Assembly (NCBI GenBank): GCA_965213925.1
Contig: OZ243927.1
Location: 3,170,146 to 3,234,145 of the forward strand
Reading direction: 5' to 3'
Origin: Trueperaceae bacterium
GTDB taxonomy: Bacteria > Deinococcota > Deinococci > Deinococcales > Trueperaceae
DNA: 64,000 nt
Below are positions 46,228 through 56,263 of the stretch, in pieces; position 1 is the first letter of the stretch, and each line of letters begins with the position of its first letter. Position numbers and translations under genes: made by a program. The notes under the pieces were generated by a model. That model worked only from the letters and a program-made list of their open reading frames with translations, was not told the DNA's origin and did not search any database.

Positions 46228-48870
46228 CTACTTGCGAACCTGTTTGCTGGGTCGAAGGTACGCGGGTACCTCAGCGGCTCTGAGCGGCTTGGCGATAAGG
46301 TACCCCTGCCCGTACTGGCACCCGAGCGCCCGCAGCCTCTCGAGCTGCTCCTGGGTCTCGATGCCTTCAGCCACCACGGTCAGCTTGAGGTTCTCGGCCA
46401 TTGCGATAATGGTCGCTATCAGCGCGTTGCTTTCAGGACTGTGCAGCATCTGGTTGACGAACGCCCGGTCGATCTTAAGCGTGTTGGCCGGGAAGCGCTG
46501 CAGGTAGCTTAGGGACGAGTATCCCGTGCCGAAGTCGTCGATGTAAATCTGCACACCAAGGGCTTTGAGTTGCTGCAAGGTCGCGACCGTCAGGTCAGCT
46601 TGCTGCATCAGCGTGCTTTCGGTGATTTCCAGTTTCAGCAAGCTCGGGTCCACCCCGGTCTCGATCAGCACCTCACCCACATAGCCAGCCAAACCGGGGT
46701 CACCGAACTGCTGACCGGAGAGGTTTACGCTCACCGTCAAGCTTGACCCATCCGCGAACCCAGCTTGCCAGGCCTTCACCTGCCGACAAGCCTCCTTCAG
46801 CACCCACCGGTCGAGGTCGATGATAAGGCCGGTGTCTTCGGCGATGGGGATGAACTCGGCGGGAGATACCAGACCGTGCTCCGGATGTTCCCAGCGTACG
46901 AGCGCTTCGAAGCCGGTGACGTGTTCGTCAGCGACGGAGATGATGGGCTGATAGAAGACCCTGAGCTCCTCGCGCTCGACTGCCCCACGGAGGTCATTCT
47001 CCAGCGACATCAGACTCACCGCCCGCTCCCGCATCTCTTGGGTGAAAACCTGGTAGCGCGCTTTACCCAGCGCTTTGGCCCGGTACATGGCAAGGTCGGC
47101 GTCGCGCAGCACCGCCTCGGCCGAGTCGTGACCCGTCTCGCTTGACACGATGCCGATGCTGACCGAGGTATGTAGGGTATGCCCCGCGAACTCGAAAGGC
47201 TTGGCGACCTCGTTCTGAATGCGCTCGACCGTACGGAGCGTCGCCTCGTGACTGGTAACATTTTCCAGCAGCAAGACGAACTCGTCCCCTCCGAGGCGCG
47301 CCACCGTGTCGCTGGGCCGCACGCATCCCTCCAACCGCCCCCCTAGCGCGACGAGCAGCGCGTCGCCAGCGTCGTGACCCAGGCTATCGTTGACCAGCTT
47401 GAAGCGGTCAAAGTCGAGGAAGAGTACCGCGTAACCTTTGTCCGAGCGCCGCCGTATCGCCTGCGCTAGGCGGTCGAGCAACAGGGCGCGGTTGGCAAGC
47501 CCGGTCAGCGCGTCGTGGAAAGCGTCATGCTGGAGCTGTGCGTTGAGCGCGGCGAGTTCGGCGGTACGCGCCTCGACACGCCGCTCCAGCTCGCGGTTCA
47601 TCTCCCGCTGCGCCGCTTCGTGTTGCTTACGGTCACTCACGTCCGCCAGATAGACCGAGAGCCCGTCGGAAGCAGGATAGAGATGTACCTCGAACCAGCG
47701 GTTGTCCGGCGGGTAGTACTCTTCGAAAGTGACCTGGCGGCGGCTGGCGGCGGCCTCGTGACACTTCTCGTAGAAGAGGTACTCGGTGATCTCCGGGAAT
47801 GCTTCCCAGACGTTGTTTTGTAGGAGCATGTCGCGCGGTCGGCCCAGGAATGACTCGGCCTGCGTGTTGATGTAGGTGAAGTGCCATTCGGGGTCGAGCG
47901 AGAAGAAAATGTCGCTGATACTCTCCAGAATGTTGATCCGCTCTTGAGAGACCCGCTGCAGCTCCGCCTCCGCTCGCTTGCGTTCGGTGACGTCGCGGGC
48001 AACCGCGTAACCGCGGTGCGCTGCCCGGTCCGCTTGGGCGCTCCACCTGAGCCAGCGGTAGTCCCCAGCCTTGGTGCTATAGCGGTTCTCGAAACCCTCC
48101 AGAGAGCTCTCGTCCCGCAACCGCTCCATCGCCCGTTCGGTGGCTTCGCGGTCGTCGGGGTGGACGAACGCGAGGAAAGGCTGGGCGGCGAGCTCTTCGA
48201 CGCTGAAGCCCAGCGCCCTCTCCCAGGCGGGGTTGGCATGGGTAAAGACGCCGTCCGCACCGGCGATACAGAAAAGGTCGAGGGACAGGGCAAAGAAGTT
48301 GCTCAGCTCGGCTTCGAGCTGACGGGTCAAGTCTCGCTCCCGGCGCAACCGCTCGGCGGTGAGGCGCAGCTCGAGCTCGCCCACGACTTGAGCGGCGAGA
48401 CCAGCGAGCACCTGCCGCTGTTTAGCTTTGAAGTCGTGGCGCGGCTGGGTGTCGATGACGCAGAGGCTGCCTAGGTTGTGACCGTCCGGCGTCCTGAGCG
48501 GCGCGCCCGCGTAGAAGCGGATGCCGGGTACGCCAGTGACCAGCGGGTTCTCACAGAAGCGCGGGTCCTGGGTGGCGTCGGGTATGACCATGACCTTGTC
48601 GGATACAATTGCGTGGGCGCAGAACGAGACGTCGCGGCTCGTCTCTCTCACGTCGAGCCCGTAGCAAGCTTTGAACCACTGCCGCTCCTCGTCAACGAGG
48701 CTCACCAAGGCGATAGGCACGTCGAAGACCGTCGTAGCTAGGTCGACAAGGCAGTCAAAGGCTTCCTCAGGCGGGGTGTCGAGGATGTCGTAGCGCCTTA
48801 GAGCGGCTAAGCGGGCTTGCTCTTCGGTGTCTATGTCTAAAGGGTCTGTTTTTTTCTCCAGTCTCTCCAT
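46228..48870 (-). CDS. GAF-PAS-PAS-GGDEF-EAL signalling protein (c-di-GMP turnover)
   Basis: 880 aa. GAF N-terminus, two PAS blocks, RLGGDEFVLLL and the EALVRW..DDFGTGYSSL motifs. Confidence 0.9.
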   Translation of the reverse strand: MERLEKKTDPLDIDTEEQARLAALRRYDILDTPPEEAFDCLVDLATTVFDVPIALVSLVDEERQWFKACYGLDVRETSRDVSFCAHAIVSDKVMVIPDATQDPRFCENPLVTGVPGIRFYAGAPLRTPDGHNLGSLCVIDTQPRHDFKAKQRQVLAGLAAQVVGELELRLTAERLRRERDLTRQLEAELSNFFALSLDLFCIAGADGVFTHANPAWERALGFSVEELAAQPFLAFVHPDDREATERAMERLRDESSLEGFENRYSTKAGDYRWLRWSAQADRAAHRGYAVARDVTERKRAEAELQRVSQERINILESISDIFFSLDPEWHFTYINTQAESFLGRPRDMLLQNNVWEAFPEITEYLFYEKCHEAAASRRQVTFEEYYPPDNRWFEVHLYPASDGLSVYLADVSDRKQHEAAQREMNRELERRVEARTAELAALNAQLQHDAFHDALTGLANRALLLDRLAQAIRRRSDKGYAVLFLDFDRFKLVNDSLGHDAGDALLVALGGRLEGCVRPSDTVARLGGDEFVLLLENVTSHEATLRTVERIQNEVAKPFEFAGHTLHTSVSIGIVSSETGHDSAEAVLRDADLAMYRAKALGKARYQVFTQEMRERAVSLMSLENDLRGAVEREELRVFYQPIISVADEHVTGFEALVRWEHPEHGLVSPAEFIPIAEDTGLIIDLDRWVLKEACRQVKAWQAGFADGSSLTVSVNLSGQQFGDPGLAGYVGEVLIETGVDPSLLKLEITESTLMQQADLTVATLQQLKALGVQIYIDDFGTGYSSLSYLQRFPANTLKIDRAFVNQMLHSPESNALIATIIAMAENLKLTVVAEGIETQEQLERLRALGCQYGQGYLIAKPLRAAEVPAYLRPSKQVRK

Positions 48871-49013
48871 ATTAAAAGGGTACGCCTCGCCCCCTTACAG
48901 AAAACTGACGCGACGAGGGGCGGCGCGACCCACCCTACGACTCAGCAGTTGCGAACCCGGCGGCGCTGAGCGAGCGGAGAAGCGCTATAGCCCCTTCAGC
49001 AAGTCTGAGCCAT

Positions 49014-49534
49014 CTACACCTCCGCGCAGACGTTTGTCGGTAGTCCTCCTCGAGAAGTCGACTCGAGGCGCCAAGCGTACCACCCCAGCAGGGCTGCCGA
49101 CTCCGCTGTCACCTCCTGTACTAGTGAGTAAGGGCTAGGCCAGGGCAGTGCCACGTACCCCTCCACCTCACCCGCTTGCAGCGAGAGCGACGCACCGTAG
49201 CTGCGCGCCAGCTGCCGGGAAAGCTGGTTGTTCCGCGAGCAGTGCAGCGTGGCTTGCGCGAACCCCCGGTTGCGCGCTTTAAGCACGAGCCGCTCGAACA
49301 GGGCGCGGCCTATGCCCCTACCCTGATAAGGTCGCTCGATAGACAAAGCGAGTTCTACCCAGTGCGGGTTGTCGGCGCTGCCCTTGAGCTCGCCGAAGCC
49401 GCGCAACGCCCCGTCTTTGTAGCAGCCTACATAGAGCGCGGTATAGAAGCTGAGCTTATTGCAGTAGGCTTCGAGCGCGTTGTCACTGAGGGCATGACCG
49501 AAGCGCTTGTAGCGGTCCTCGGCGCAGAGTACAA
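49014..49534 (-). pseudogene. GNAT family N-acetyltransferase, 5'-truncated
   Basis: ..ERPYQGRGIGRALFERLVLKARNRGF.. is the acetyl-CoA binding motif. The frame is open upstream of the listed TTG to about 49534, where it meets the IS fragment. The N-terminal 40-60 aa are missing. Confidence 0.6.
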
Positions 49535-50490
49535 GTCATCTGGTTGCTAGCCGAGGGCAAGTCTCAGCAAGAGGTTGTTGCGCTCACGGCATATAACCGC
49601 ACGAGCGTCTATGACGCCGTGAAGCGCTATAACGCCGAAGGGCTGCGTGGTTTACGAGACAGACGACACGAAAATCCCGGTTGTCCGCCGCTCATCAGCG
49701 AAGCGGAGCGTGTGGGGCTGCTGGAAGCTACGCAAGCAGAGGATGGGGGCGTGTGGAGTGCCGAGCGGATTCGGGATTGGGTCAAGGCGCAACTTGGCAA
49801 AGAGGTCTACACACAGCGGGCTTACGAACTACTTGATCAACTCGGGTTTAGCGTGCAAAGCCCTCGCCCACGACATACAAAAGCAGATCGCGAGGCGCAG
49901 GACACGTTCAAAAAAAACGTCTTACCTGAGCGCGTAGCGCCCGCCCGCCGCAACTCCCAAGAGGTCGAGCTGTGGGCAATGGACGAGCACCGGGTTGGGC
50001 TCAAACCGATCTTGCGCAAAGTGTGGGCTCCTAAGGGGCAGCGTCCCATTGCACGAGTACAATATCGCTTCGAGTGGCTTTACCTCTGGGCGTTCGTCAA
50101 CCCGCAAAGTGGGCAGTGCATCTGGTACATCTTGCCCACTGTGAGCACCCTAGCGTACAGCCGCGTTTTGCAGAACTTCGCCCGCTCTGTAGGTGCATCT
50201 CCGGATAAGCGCGTCCTGCTTTTGCAAGACCAGGCAGGGTGGCATACCTCCAGCAAGCTCGAGGTCCCTCCCGGTATCAACCTCATTGACCTACCACCTT
50301 ATTCACCAGAACTTCAACCCGCTGAGAAGTTATGGCGGCTTACCGATGAACCTCTCGCTAATACATGCTTTGACGACCTTGATGCGCGACAAAACACCCT
50401 TGATCAACGTTGCGAGTTTCTTCTGAGCCAGCCTGACCTCATCTCACAAGAAACCCTCTTCCACTGGTAGCCCCTAACATGATAGAGATT
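49535..50490 (+). mobile_element. IS630-family element (different subgroup), 5'-truncated; transposase 49544..50470
   Basis: ..VIWLLAEGKSQQEVVALTAYNRTSVYDAVKRYNAEGLRGLRD..DEHRVGL..LLQDQAGWH..PPYSPELQPAEKLW. There is no N-terminal Met or left end. The right end is approximate. Confidence 0.75.
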
Positions 50491-50505
50491 TAATCGGAAT
50501 CCGTA

Positions 50506-51021
50506 TCACTCGTCGATCCAAGTTATACCCAATGTTAAGAGTCTCTCTGAAAGCTCTGCGGCTGAAAGCGGTCCCGGCTTTACGCTCTGAACGACGCCCT
50601 CCGCGTCGATGAAGAAGGTCGTGGGGATGCCGAGAACCTGGTAGCGGCGCAGCACCGCCGTCGTTGTGTCTAGTTCGAGCTCGGCGCGCTCACGGCGGGT
50701 CGGCTCAAGACCAGCGGGCAGCGTGATCCCTTGCGCCTCGAGGTACGCCGCGGCCGCCTCCGCGCGCTCGTTATTGTTGACGAGCAAAAAGGTAGCCCCT
50801 TCGCCTACCTCCTCGCTCGCCCGCTGAAAGATGGGCAGCTCGTCCAGACACGGCAAACACCAGGTCGCCCAAAAGTTGAGGACGACGGGCGTACCGGATA
50901 GCTCGGCGAGCGAGACCTTTTGGCCTGCGCGGTTGAGCAGCGCGAAATCGGGGGCGGGCTCGCCCACCTCTTGTGCAAAAACGGGTAGTGTCAGAACGAA
51001 CAGGACGAGTAGATAGCGCAT
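50506..51021 (-). CDS. TlpA/ResA-like thiol-disulfide oxidoreductase (redoxin)
   Basis: Signal peptide, plus the WATWCLPC CxxC motif. Confidence 0.8.
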   Translation of the reverse strand: MRYLLVLFVLTLPVFAQEVGEPAPDFALLNRAGQKVSLAELSGTPVVLNFWATWCLPCLDELPIFQRASEEVGEGATFLLVNNNERAEAAAAYLEAQGITLPAGLEPTRRERAELELDTTTAVLRRYQVLGIPTTFFIDAEGVVQSVKPGPLSAAELSERLLTLGITWIDE

Positions 51022-51027
51022 ACGGAA

Positions 51028-52731
51028 CTACAGATGCTCGAGTGGGCTTTCCCGCGCCGCACTTAAAGCGGGCAAGAGCGCGAAGAGCACCGCGACGGGT
51101 AGCAAGATAAAGCCGCGCCACCAATCCGAGCCGCTGAGGGTCGGCGTCGGCAGGGTCAGGCTCGCTTGGCTCTGGATAACTTGCCCGACGAAGGTCACAC
51201 CCAGGTACGCTGCGAAGACGCCTAAGACGATGCCGACGAAGCTGAGTAAGGCTGCCTCTAGCAAAACACTCCCCGCGACCACGCCCCTAGAAACCCCCAC
51301 CGCCCGCAAAATCGCCAAGTTCTTCTGCGCCTGCACCGCGCCTCCATAGGTGTTGAGCGCCACCGTGACGACGGCGAGCGCCAAGATGATGTTTGCCAAA
51401 AGCCCATAAATCTGCCGCCCCTGACCGAGTAAGCTCAGGAGCCCGTTGATGACGCCGCCCGGAAAGATCGCCTGGACGCCCGTGATCTCGTCGAGCGTGC
51501 CTGCAATCTGGTAGAGCGCCCCCAAGTCTTCAGTGGCGTAGAGCACCGCCGTGACTTCCCGCGAGTCCCCCTCATCCGGTGGCGTAGCGGCGAGGTCGGC
51601 GATGGGGAGCGCGTCCGCCTCGTCGTGCGCCTCTTCCTCGAGTTCATGTCCGACCTCTTCGACGACCAGATGCAGCGCGTCACGCTCAGCCGCGTTGATC
51701 TGCAAAAGGTAGTCACCAGGTTCCATATGAAAGATGTGTGCCGAGAAAATCTCTAAACACCCTTCGATGTCGTCTTCCCCCGCCACGAGTTTGGGGGCGA
51801 GCGTCCTGCCGTTTTCGCCCGTCAAGGTAAGGATGGCGCCCTGGTCGGCAAAAAAAGCGTAGTCCGCCGCTTTGTCGGCGCTAAAGCGCAGCAAGCCGCC
51901 CCGGTCCGCGCCCTCTAAAGCCGCGAGAGCGATCTCGTAACGGGTGTGCACCTCGTCTAATGTATCCAAGTTTTCGGGCTCCAGCTTCGCCGCCCGCGCC
52001 TCGCCCGACCCGCCCGTCATGTGAAGGCAGGCGTGCTCCGCGTCTACCGTGCCCGCCTCCGGCGAAAACTGCCCGTGCGAGTCCCAGATGGACTCAATGT
52101 CAACGTAGACGGCACGGTCCGAAGGGCCGCCCGTCGGCTCTAAAATACCTACCACGCGGTAGTCATCGGTGTGCATGGTCGGCTCGAAGGTCTCGGTGAA
52201 GCCGTGCGCACTCTGAAAAGTGTCGCCTAAACTAAAGCCCATTTCGTGAGCAACCTGTGTGCCTAAAACGGCCTGGTAAGCGTCCGAAAAGACGGTGCCC
52301 TGCCCTAACTGATAGTAAAGCGGCGCTTGCGGGCCCTCGCGCAAATCGAAGTACGCGGGCGTCGTGCCGACCAGCGGATAGCCCTGGACGCTGTCGCCGA
52401 AGCCCACCGGCACCGCCCGCTCGGTGCGCGGGTCCGCCGCTAGAGAGGCGTAGACGCGGTAGGGGATGTTGCCCACGGGCGCGTTTTGGTAGTAGATAGT
52501 GTTCAGCACCGCCTGGGTCTGCGAGCCCTCCGCCGTCACGAGCAAATCGAAAATCTGCGCCGCCTCAGTTGCGCCGCGCTGGAAGGCTCGGAGGCTCAAA
52601 GGCACGACCAACGCCAAGCCGACGCCCAAGAGCACCGCCACGACCGTTAAGACGTTGGCGAAAAGCCGCATCCGCAGGGAGCGCAGGAGCACCCAGAGGG
52701 TGAGGCGCAGGCGCTTGAAGAGGTCGGGCAT
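51028..52731 (-). CDS. FtsX-like (MacB-type) ABC transporter permease with enlarged extracytoplasmic domain
   Basis: TM1, then an ectodomain of about 400 aa, then 3 C-terminal TM segments (..ILRAVGVSRGVVAGSVLLEAALLSF..). The ectodomain has a His/Cys/acidic-rich insert. Confidence 0.8.
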   Translation of the reverse strand: MPDLFKRLRLTLWVLLRSLRMRLFANVLTVVAVLLGVGLALVVPLSLRAFQRGATEAAQIFDLLVTAEGSQTQAVLNTIYYQNAPVGNIPYRVYASLAADPRTERAVPVGFGDSVQGYPLVGTTPAYFDLREGPQAPLYYQLGQGTVFSDAYQAVLGTQVAHEMGFSLGDTFQSAHGFTETFEPTMHTDDYRVVGILEPTGGPSDRAVYVDIESIWDSHGQFSPEAGTVDAEHACLHMTGGSGEARAAKLEPENLDTLDEVHTRYEIALAALEGADRGGLLRFSADKAADYAFFADQGAILTLTGENGRTLAPKLVAGEDDIEGCLEIFSAHIFHMEPGDYLLQINAAERDALHLVVEEVGHELEEEAHDEADALPIADLAATPPDEGDSREVTAVLYATEDLGALYQIAGTLDEITGVQAIFPGGVINGLLSLLGQGRQIYGLLANIILALAVVTVALNTYGGAVQAQKNLAILRAVGVSRGVVAGSVLLEAALLSFVGIVLGVFAAYLGVTFVGQVIQSQASLTLPTPTLSGSDWWRGFILLPVAVLFALLPALSAARESPLEHL

Positions 52732-52847
52732 AGCCTTTAGGGTAGTTGGTTTGTGTCAGTGGGGCGTCAGTGAGTCAAGTCGATAGAGGCACCTTGAGAT
52801 GAATCTGTCGTCGAGACCGATGAAACAACATCAGCCGAGCGACCAGC

Positions 52848-53510
52848 CTAATCGCCGTCTACCCACGCATACAGTTCATCAATATTTTGCCCTTCACCTT
52901 CGAGACGGATTGAGCCAGATGCAGCCATCGCCTGGAGCTTCTGCCTATGAGCGCTCAAGACGTTTAGCGGTTCCAACGCTAGACGCATCTCAACATCGGC
53001 TTTGCTAAGTCGGTCAGTCATTTTCACTCCGCCGACCGACAACACTATCCCAAAGGTTTGCTTGAAACACTCATCTTCGATGTAAACGTTACACGCTAAG
53101 TCGATGTCTAAACCTTGTTCGCGCCAGAAGACCCCTTGAATCATGAAGCAAACACCCTCCATGACGATACTCTGTTCCTCAGGTGCACCCAAGGTTTCGC
53201 TCCCCCACCGTGCAAGTGCGGCAAGTGCGTCGGTTAAACCGTAACCGTACTCCGTTAGCTCGTACACCGTAGACGCCGCTGGCGGGGGCAGGTAGCGCGT
53301 CGCTACGACGCCGCGTTCCTCTAAACTTTTTAAGCGGTCCGTCAAGATATTTGTGCTGATGCCCGGTAGCCCTGTTCGCAAGTCGCTAAAACGGCGGGGC
53401 GCAACAAGTAAGTTTCGCACGATCAAAAGCGTCCAGCGCTCTCCGACGCTGTCGAGCGCGTGAGCCACCGCGCAGAACTGGCTGTAAGACTTGTTCGACA
53501 TAGTTTTCAT
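52848..53510 (-). CDS. HxlR family transcriptional regulator with C-terminal SCP2-like domain
   Basis: CAVAHALDSVGERWTLLIVRNLL..RRFSDL..GISTNILTDRLKSLEERGVV. Confidence 0.85.
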   Translation of the reverse strand: MKTMSNKSYSQFCAVAHALDSVGERWTLLIVRNLLVAPRRFSDLRTGLPGISTNILTDRLKSLEERGVVATRYLPPPAASTVYELTEYGYGLTDALAALARWGSETLGAPEEQSIVMEGVCFMIQGVFWREQGLDIDLACNVYIEDECFKQTFGIVLSVGGVKMTDRLSKADVEMRLALEPLNVLSAHRQKLQAMAASGSIRLEGEGQNIDELYAWVDGD

Positions 53511-53643
53511 TCTAAATCAAGTTGTTTATTTTTACTGTAAAGTTTTTATTAACAATTAGTTTTTTTCAAAAAACAACTAAATAGTATATCTTTGGAGTAC
53601 TTAGCCAGCACCCTGCTAAGTCAGCATCTCGAGGAGGATCACG

Positions 53644-54656
53644 ATGAAAGCGGTTCAAATTCATGAGTACGGAACGCCAGATGTCCTCAACTACGAGTCG
53701 GTAGACGATCTATCTCCCAGCGCGGGCGAGGTGCTTATCAAGGTCGAGTCAGCCTCTGTAAACTACTCGGACACCTTGCGGCGCAGTAACGCCACCTATC
53801 CCTTTCCAACCCCTTTACCGTTTATCCCTGGCGGCGAAGTAGCGGGCGTGGTTGAAGCCCTTGGTGAAGGTGTTGAGAAACCACCTTTGGGCACCCCCGT
53901 ATTCGCGCTGGTTGGGCCTGGCTCAAACGGCTATGCCCAGTATGCACTCAGCCCAGTAAGTAGGGTAGTTCCGATTCCGCCAGGTATAAGTATGGATCAA
54001 GCAGCGGCTCTACCTATAGCAGGCACGACGGCGCTTATGCTGCTCAGAGAAACGGTACGTTTACAGTCTGGTGAAACGGTACTCGTTCAAGGAGCCGCCG
54101 GGGGCGTAGGGAGTTACGCAGTTCAATTAGCGAAGGTTCTCGGCGCAAAAACCGTCATTGGTGCAAGCAGCTCGGTGGCGAAGCGAGACAAGGTGCTCGA
54201 GCTAGGCGCAGACCACATCGTTGACTACACCCAGCCAGATTGGTACGAGCAAGTCCGGCATCTCACAGATGGCGAGGGGGTGGACATTATTTTGGAAATG
54301 AGTGGCGGTGAGATGTTTACGCAGGGTTTACGCTGCCTTGCTCCTTTTGGACGCTGCGTCGTCTACGGTATGGCGGCCGGCCGCTCGCGTTTGACGCACA
54401 GTCCACCGAGCACTTCTTTTATAGTCCGTCGCTCAACCAATCCATTCATGTTTACAACCTCGGGCTGTGGTTCGGAATGCGCTCTGAAATGGCAGCGCAG
54501 GCGATGGCGGACGTGATCGGCTATGTTGCCTCTGGGCAAGTCAAGGTAGCGGTTGACTATGTGTTGCCCTTAGCTCAAGCGGCGCGGGCACATACGATGC
54601 TCGAGGCGAGGGAAACAACCGGGAAAGTTATTCTTAAACCCTGGCAAGATGCGTAA
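53644..54656 (+). pseudogene. NADPH:quinone oxidoreductase (zinc-type ADH/MDR family), single frameshift
   Basis: MKAVQIHEYG..GGEVAGVV..VLVQGAAGGVGSYAVQLAK. The frame shifts in the GGCCGGCC run at about 54375..54381. The downstream frame continues as ..PLAFDAQS..GKVILKPWQDA and stops at 54654..54656. Confidence 0.8.
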
Positions 54657-54693
54657 TCATCGGAACCCGTACCTCTTTCTACTCGCTCCGCTT

Positions 54694-54727
54694 GGGGTAA
54701 TTCCTTTAAGAATTACCCGGAAACGGT
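54694..54727 (+). repeat. hairpin repeat H, copy 3
   Basis: GGGGTAATTC ctttaa GAATTACCC GGAAACGGT. Confidence 0.8.
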
Positions 54728-54787
54728 GTAACATAGACGCATACTTACGTTACTTATGTCCTTGCGCTGTTTACTCAACCAAGTACG

Positions 54788-55018
54788 TCAAGCAGCTTCA
54801 TCGGTCAGATGGAGACGCGCCGCCTCGAGAAGTCCAAGCGCCTGCTCCTTACGCACACTCGGAACATCGTCTAAAAACTCATTTAAGCTGTCACCCGCCT
54901 CAAGGTAGTCGAAGCGTGCTTTCACTGGAACGCGCGTGCCTATAAAGACAGGGGTGCCCCCGAGGATGTCCGGGTCTCGGTTGATCATAAAATCGCTCAT
55001 TAGACTAATCTCAACCAA
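54788..55018 (-). CDS. DUF433 domain protein (antitoxin-like), orphan
   Basis: INRDPDILGGTPVFIGTRVPVKARFDYLEAGDSLNEFLDD is the DUF433 core. No DUF5615/PIN partner gene is adjacent. Confidence 0.7.
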   Translation of the reverse strand: MVEISLMSDFMINRDPDILGGTPVFIGTRVPVKARFDYLEAGDSLNEFLDDVPSVRKEQALGLLEAARLHLTDEAA

Positions 55019-55036
55019 CAGGATAGCACCCGAGCG

Positions 55037-55744
55037 CTACGCAAGCTCAACCACCTCTACAAACGCCCCCTTCACCGCTGGATCGTGCGTCGAGACGATC
55101 AGCGCCGCGCCCGTCCGACGCGCCACCTCGCGCAAGAGGCTTAAAGCCGCCTCCCCCCGCTCGCGGTCGAGGTTAGCGGTGGGCTCGTCCGCCAGAAGCA
55201 CCACCGGGTTCGCCGCCGTCGCCCTAGCGATGGCTACGCGCTGCCGTTCGCCCGTGGAGAGGCGTTTGGGGACGTGACTTAGCCTATGTCCTAAGCCTAA
55301 GTCTTTCAGAAGGTCTTTCGCGCGGCGGTTCGCTTCACCGAGCGGCACGCCCGCAGCGGCGAGCGCCACGACGACGTTTTCTAGGGCGGTGTAGCCGTCA
55401 ATGAGGTGAAAATCTTGAAAGACCAAGCCGACGTGCTGGGCGCGGAAGCGCTCCAAGCGTCCCTGCGGCATCTCGGTAAGGGACCCTCCGATAATTTCAA
55501 CCGTGCCTGTGGTGGGTTTGAGGAGTCCGGCTAGGATGTGGAGAAGCGTCGTCTTACCGGAGCCACTCGGGCCAACGAGCGCGAGTTCTTGGTTTGCTTT
55601 TAGCTCGAGGTCAGGCAGCTTAATGTGGGCAGCTTGCGCGTAGTGGACCTCTAAACCCTGCGCTCGCACCCTCACGGAAATGGGCGAGCCTTCATCTGCT
55701 TGTTCGCTCGGTTCTTGTTCGACTTCGCTAACCGCCACGCTCAA
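55037..55744 (-). CDS. ABC transporter ATP-binding protein (MacB/LolD-like)
   Basis: Walker A GPSGSGKTT, signature LSTGERQRVAIARA and Walker B LLADEPT. Confidence 0.9.
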   Translation of the reverse strand: MSVAVSEVEQEPSEQADEGSPISVRVRAQGLEVHYAQAAHIKLPDLELKANQELALVGPSGSGKTTLLHILAGLLKPTTGTVEIIGGSLTEMPQGRLERFRAQHVGLVFQDFHLIDGYTALENVVVALAAAGVPLGEANRRAKDLLKDLGLGHRLSHVPKRLSTGERQRVAIARATAANPVVLLADEPTANLDRERGEAALSLLREVARRTGAALIVSTHDPAVKGAFVEVVELA

Positions 55745-56150
55745 CCTTATCCGCCTGGATGCGGATTTTCGAGACGAAGCCGGTGTCAGGGTCTTTGGCG
55801 GTGCCGACTTCTAAGGTGCCCGTCACCTCGAGCGCCCCGAAGATGATGGTATCCGTGCCGCCTTCGGGTAGCTTGACATAGACGATGTCGGGGGGCCACT
55901 CCGCTTCGGTCTCGCAGAAAGGGCAGACCGCCATCGGGTACTTGGTCAGCACGAAAAAGTCCGCGTCGGGCTTTAAGGGAGGCGCGGCGTAGCCGAGCAT
56001 GGTGACGGTCTTGCCGGAGGCGGCTTCTAGCGCAGGGCTGAACTCTTGGGTCTCGACGTCGGCGTAGAGGTCGCCGAAGGTAAATTGGGGCTGGGCGAGT
56101 GTAAAACTCAGCACGGTGAGTGCGAATAGAGCGGTAAGTGGGCGTACCAT
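55728..56150 (-). CDS. DUF3299 domain-containing secreted protein
   Basis: Signal peptide, then GKTVTMLGYAAPP..FFVLTKYPMAVCPFCE. 140 aa. Overlaps the start of the ATPase gene. Confidence 0.65.
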   Translation of the reverse strand: MVRPLTALFALTVLSFTLAQPQFTFGDLYADVETQEFSPALEAASGKTVTMLGYAAPPLKPDADFFVLTKYPMAVCPFCETEAEWPPDIVYVKLPEGGTDTIIFGALEVTGTLEVGTAKDPDTGFVSKIRIQADKVERGG

Positions 56151-56263
56151 CGTATCACCTCACCTTGATTGTAAAGAAAAGGCTCGAGCCTTTGGTCATG
56201 GGCGTCTCATCAGAGCGAAAACCTGAGAGCCGAAGCTCCCAGGTTTCGTTCGCAAAAAGGTTT

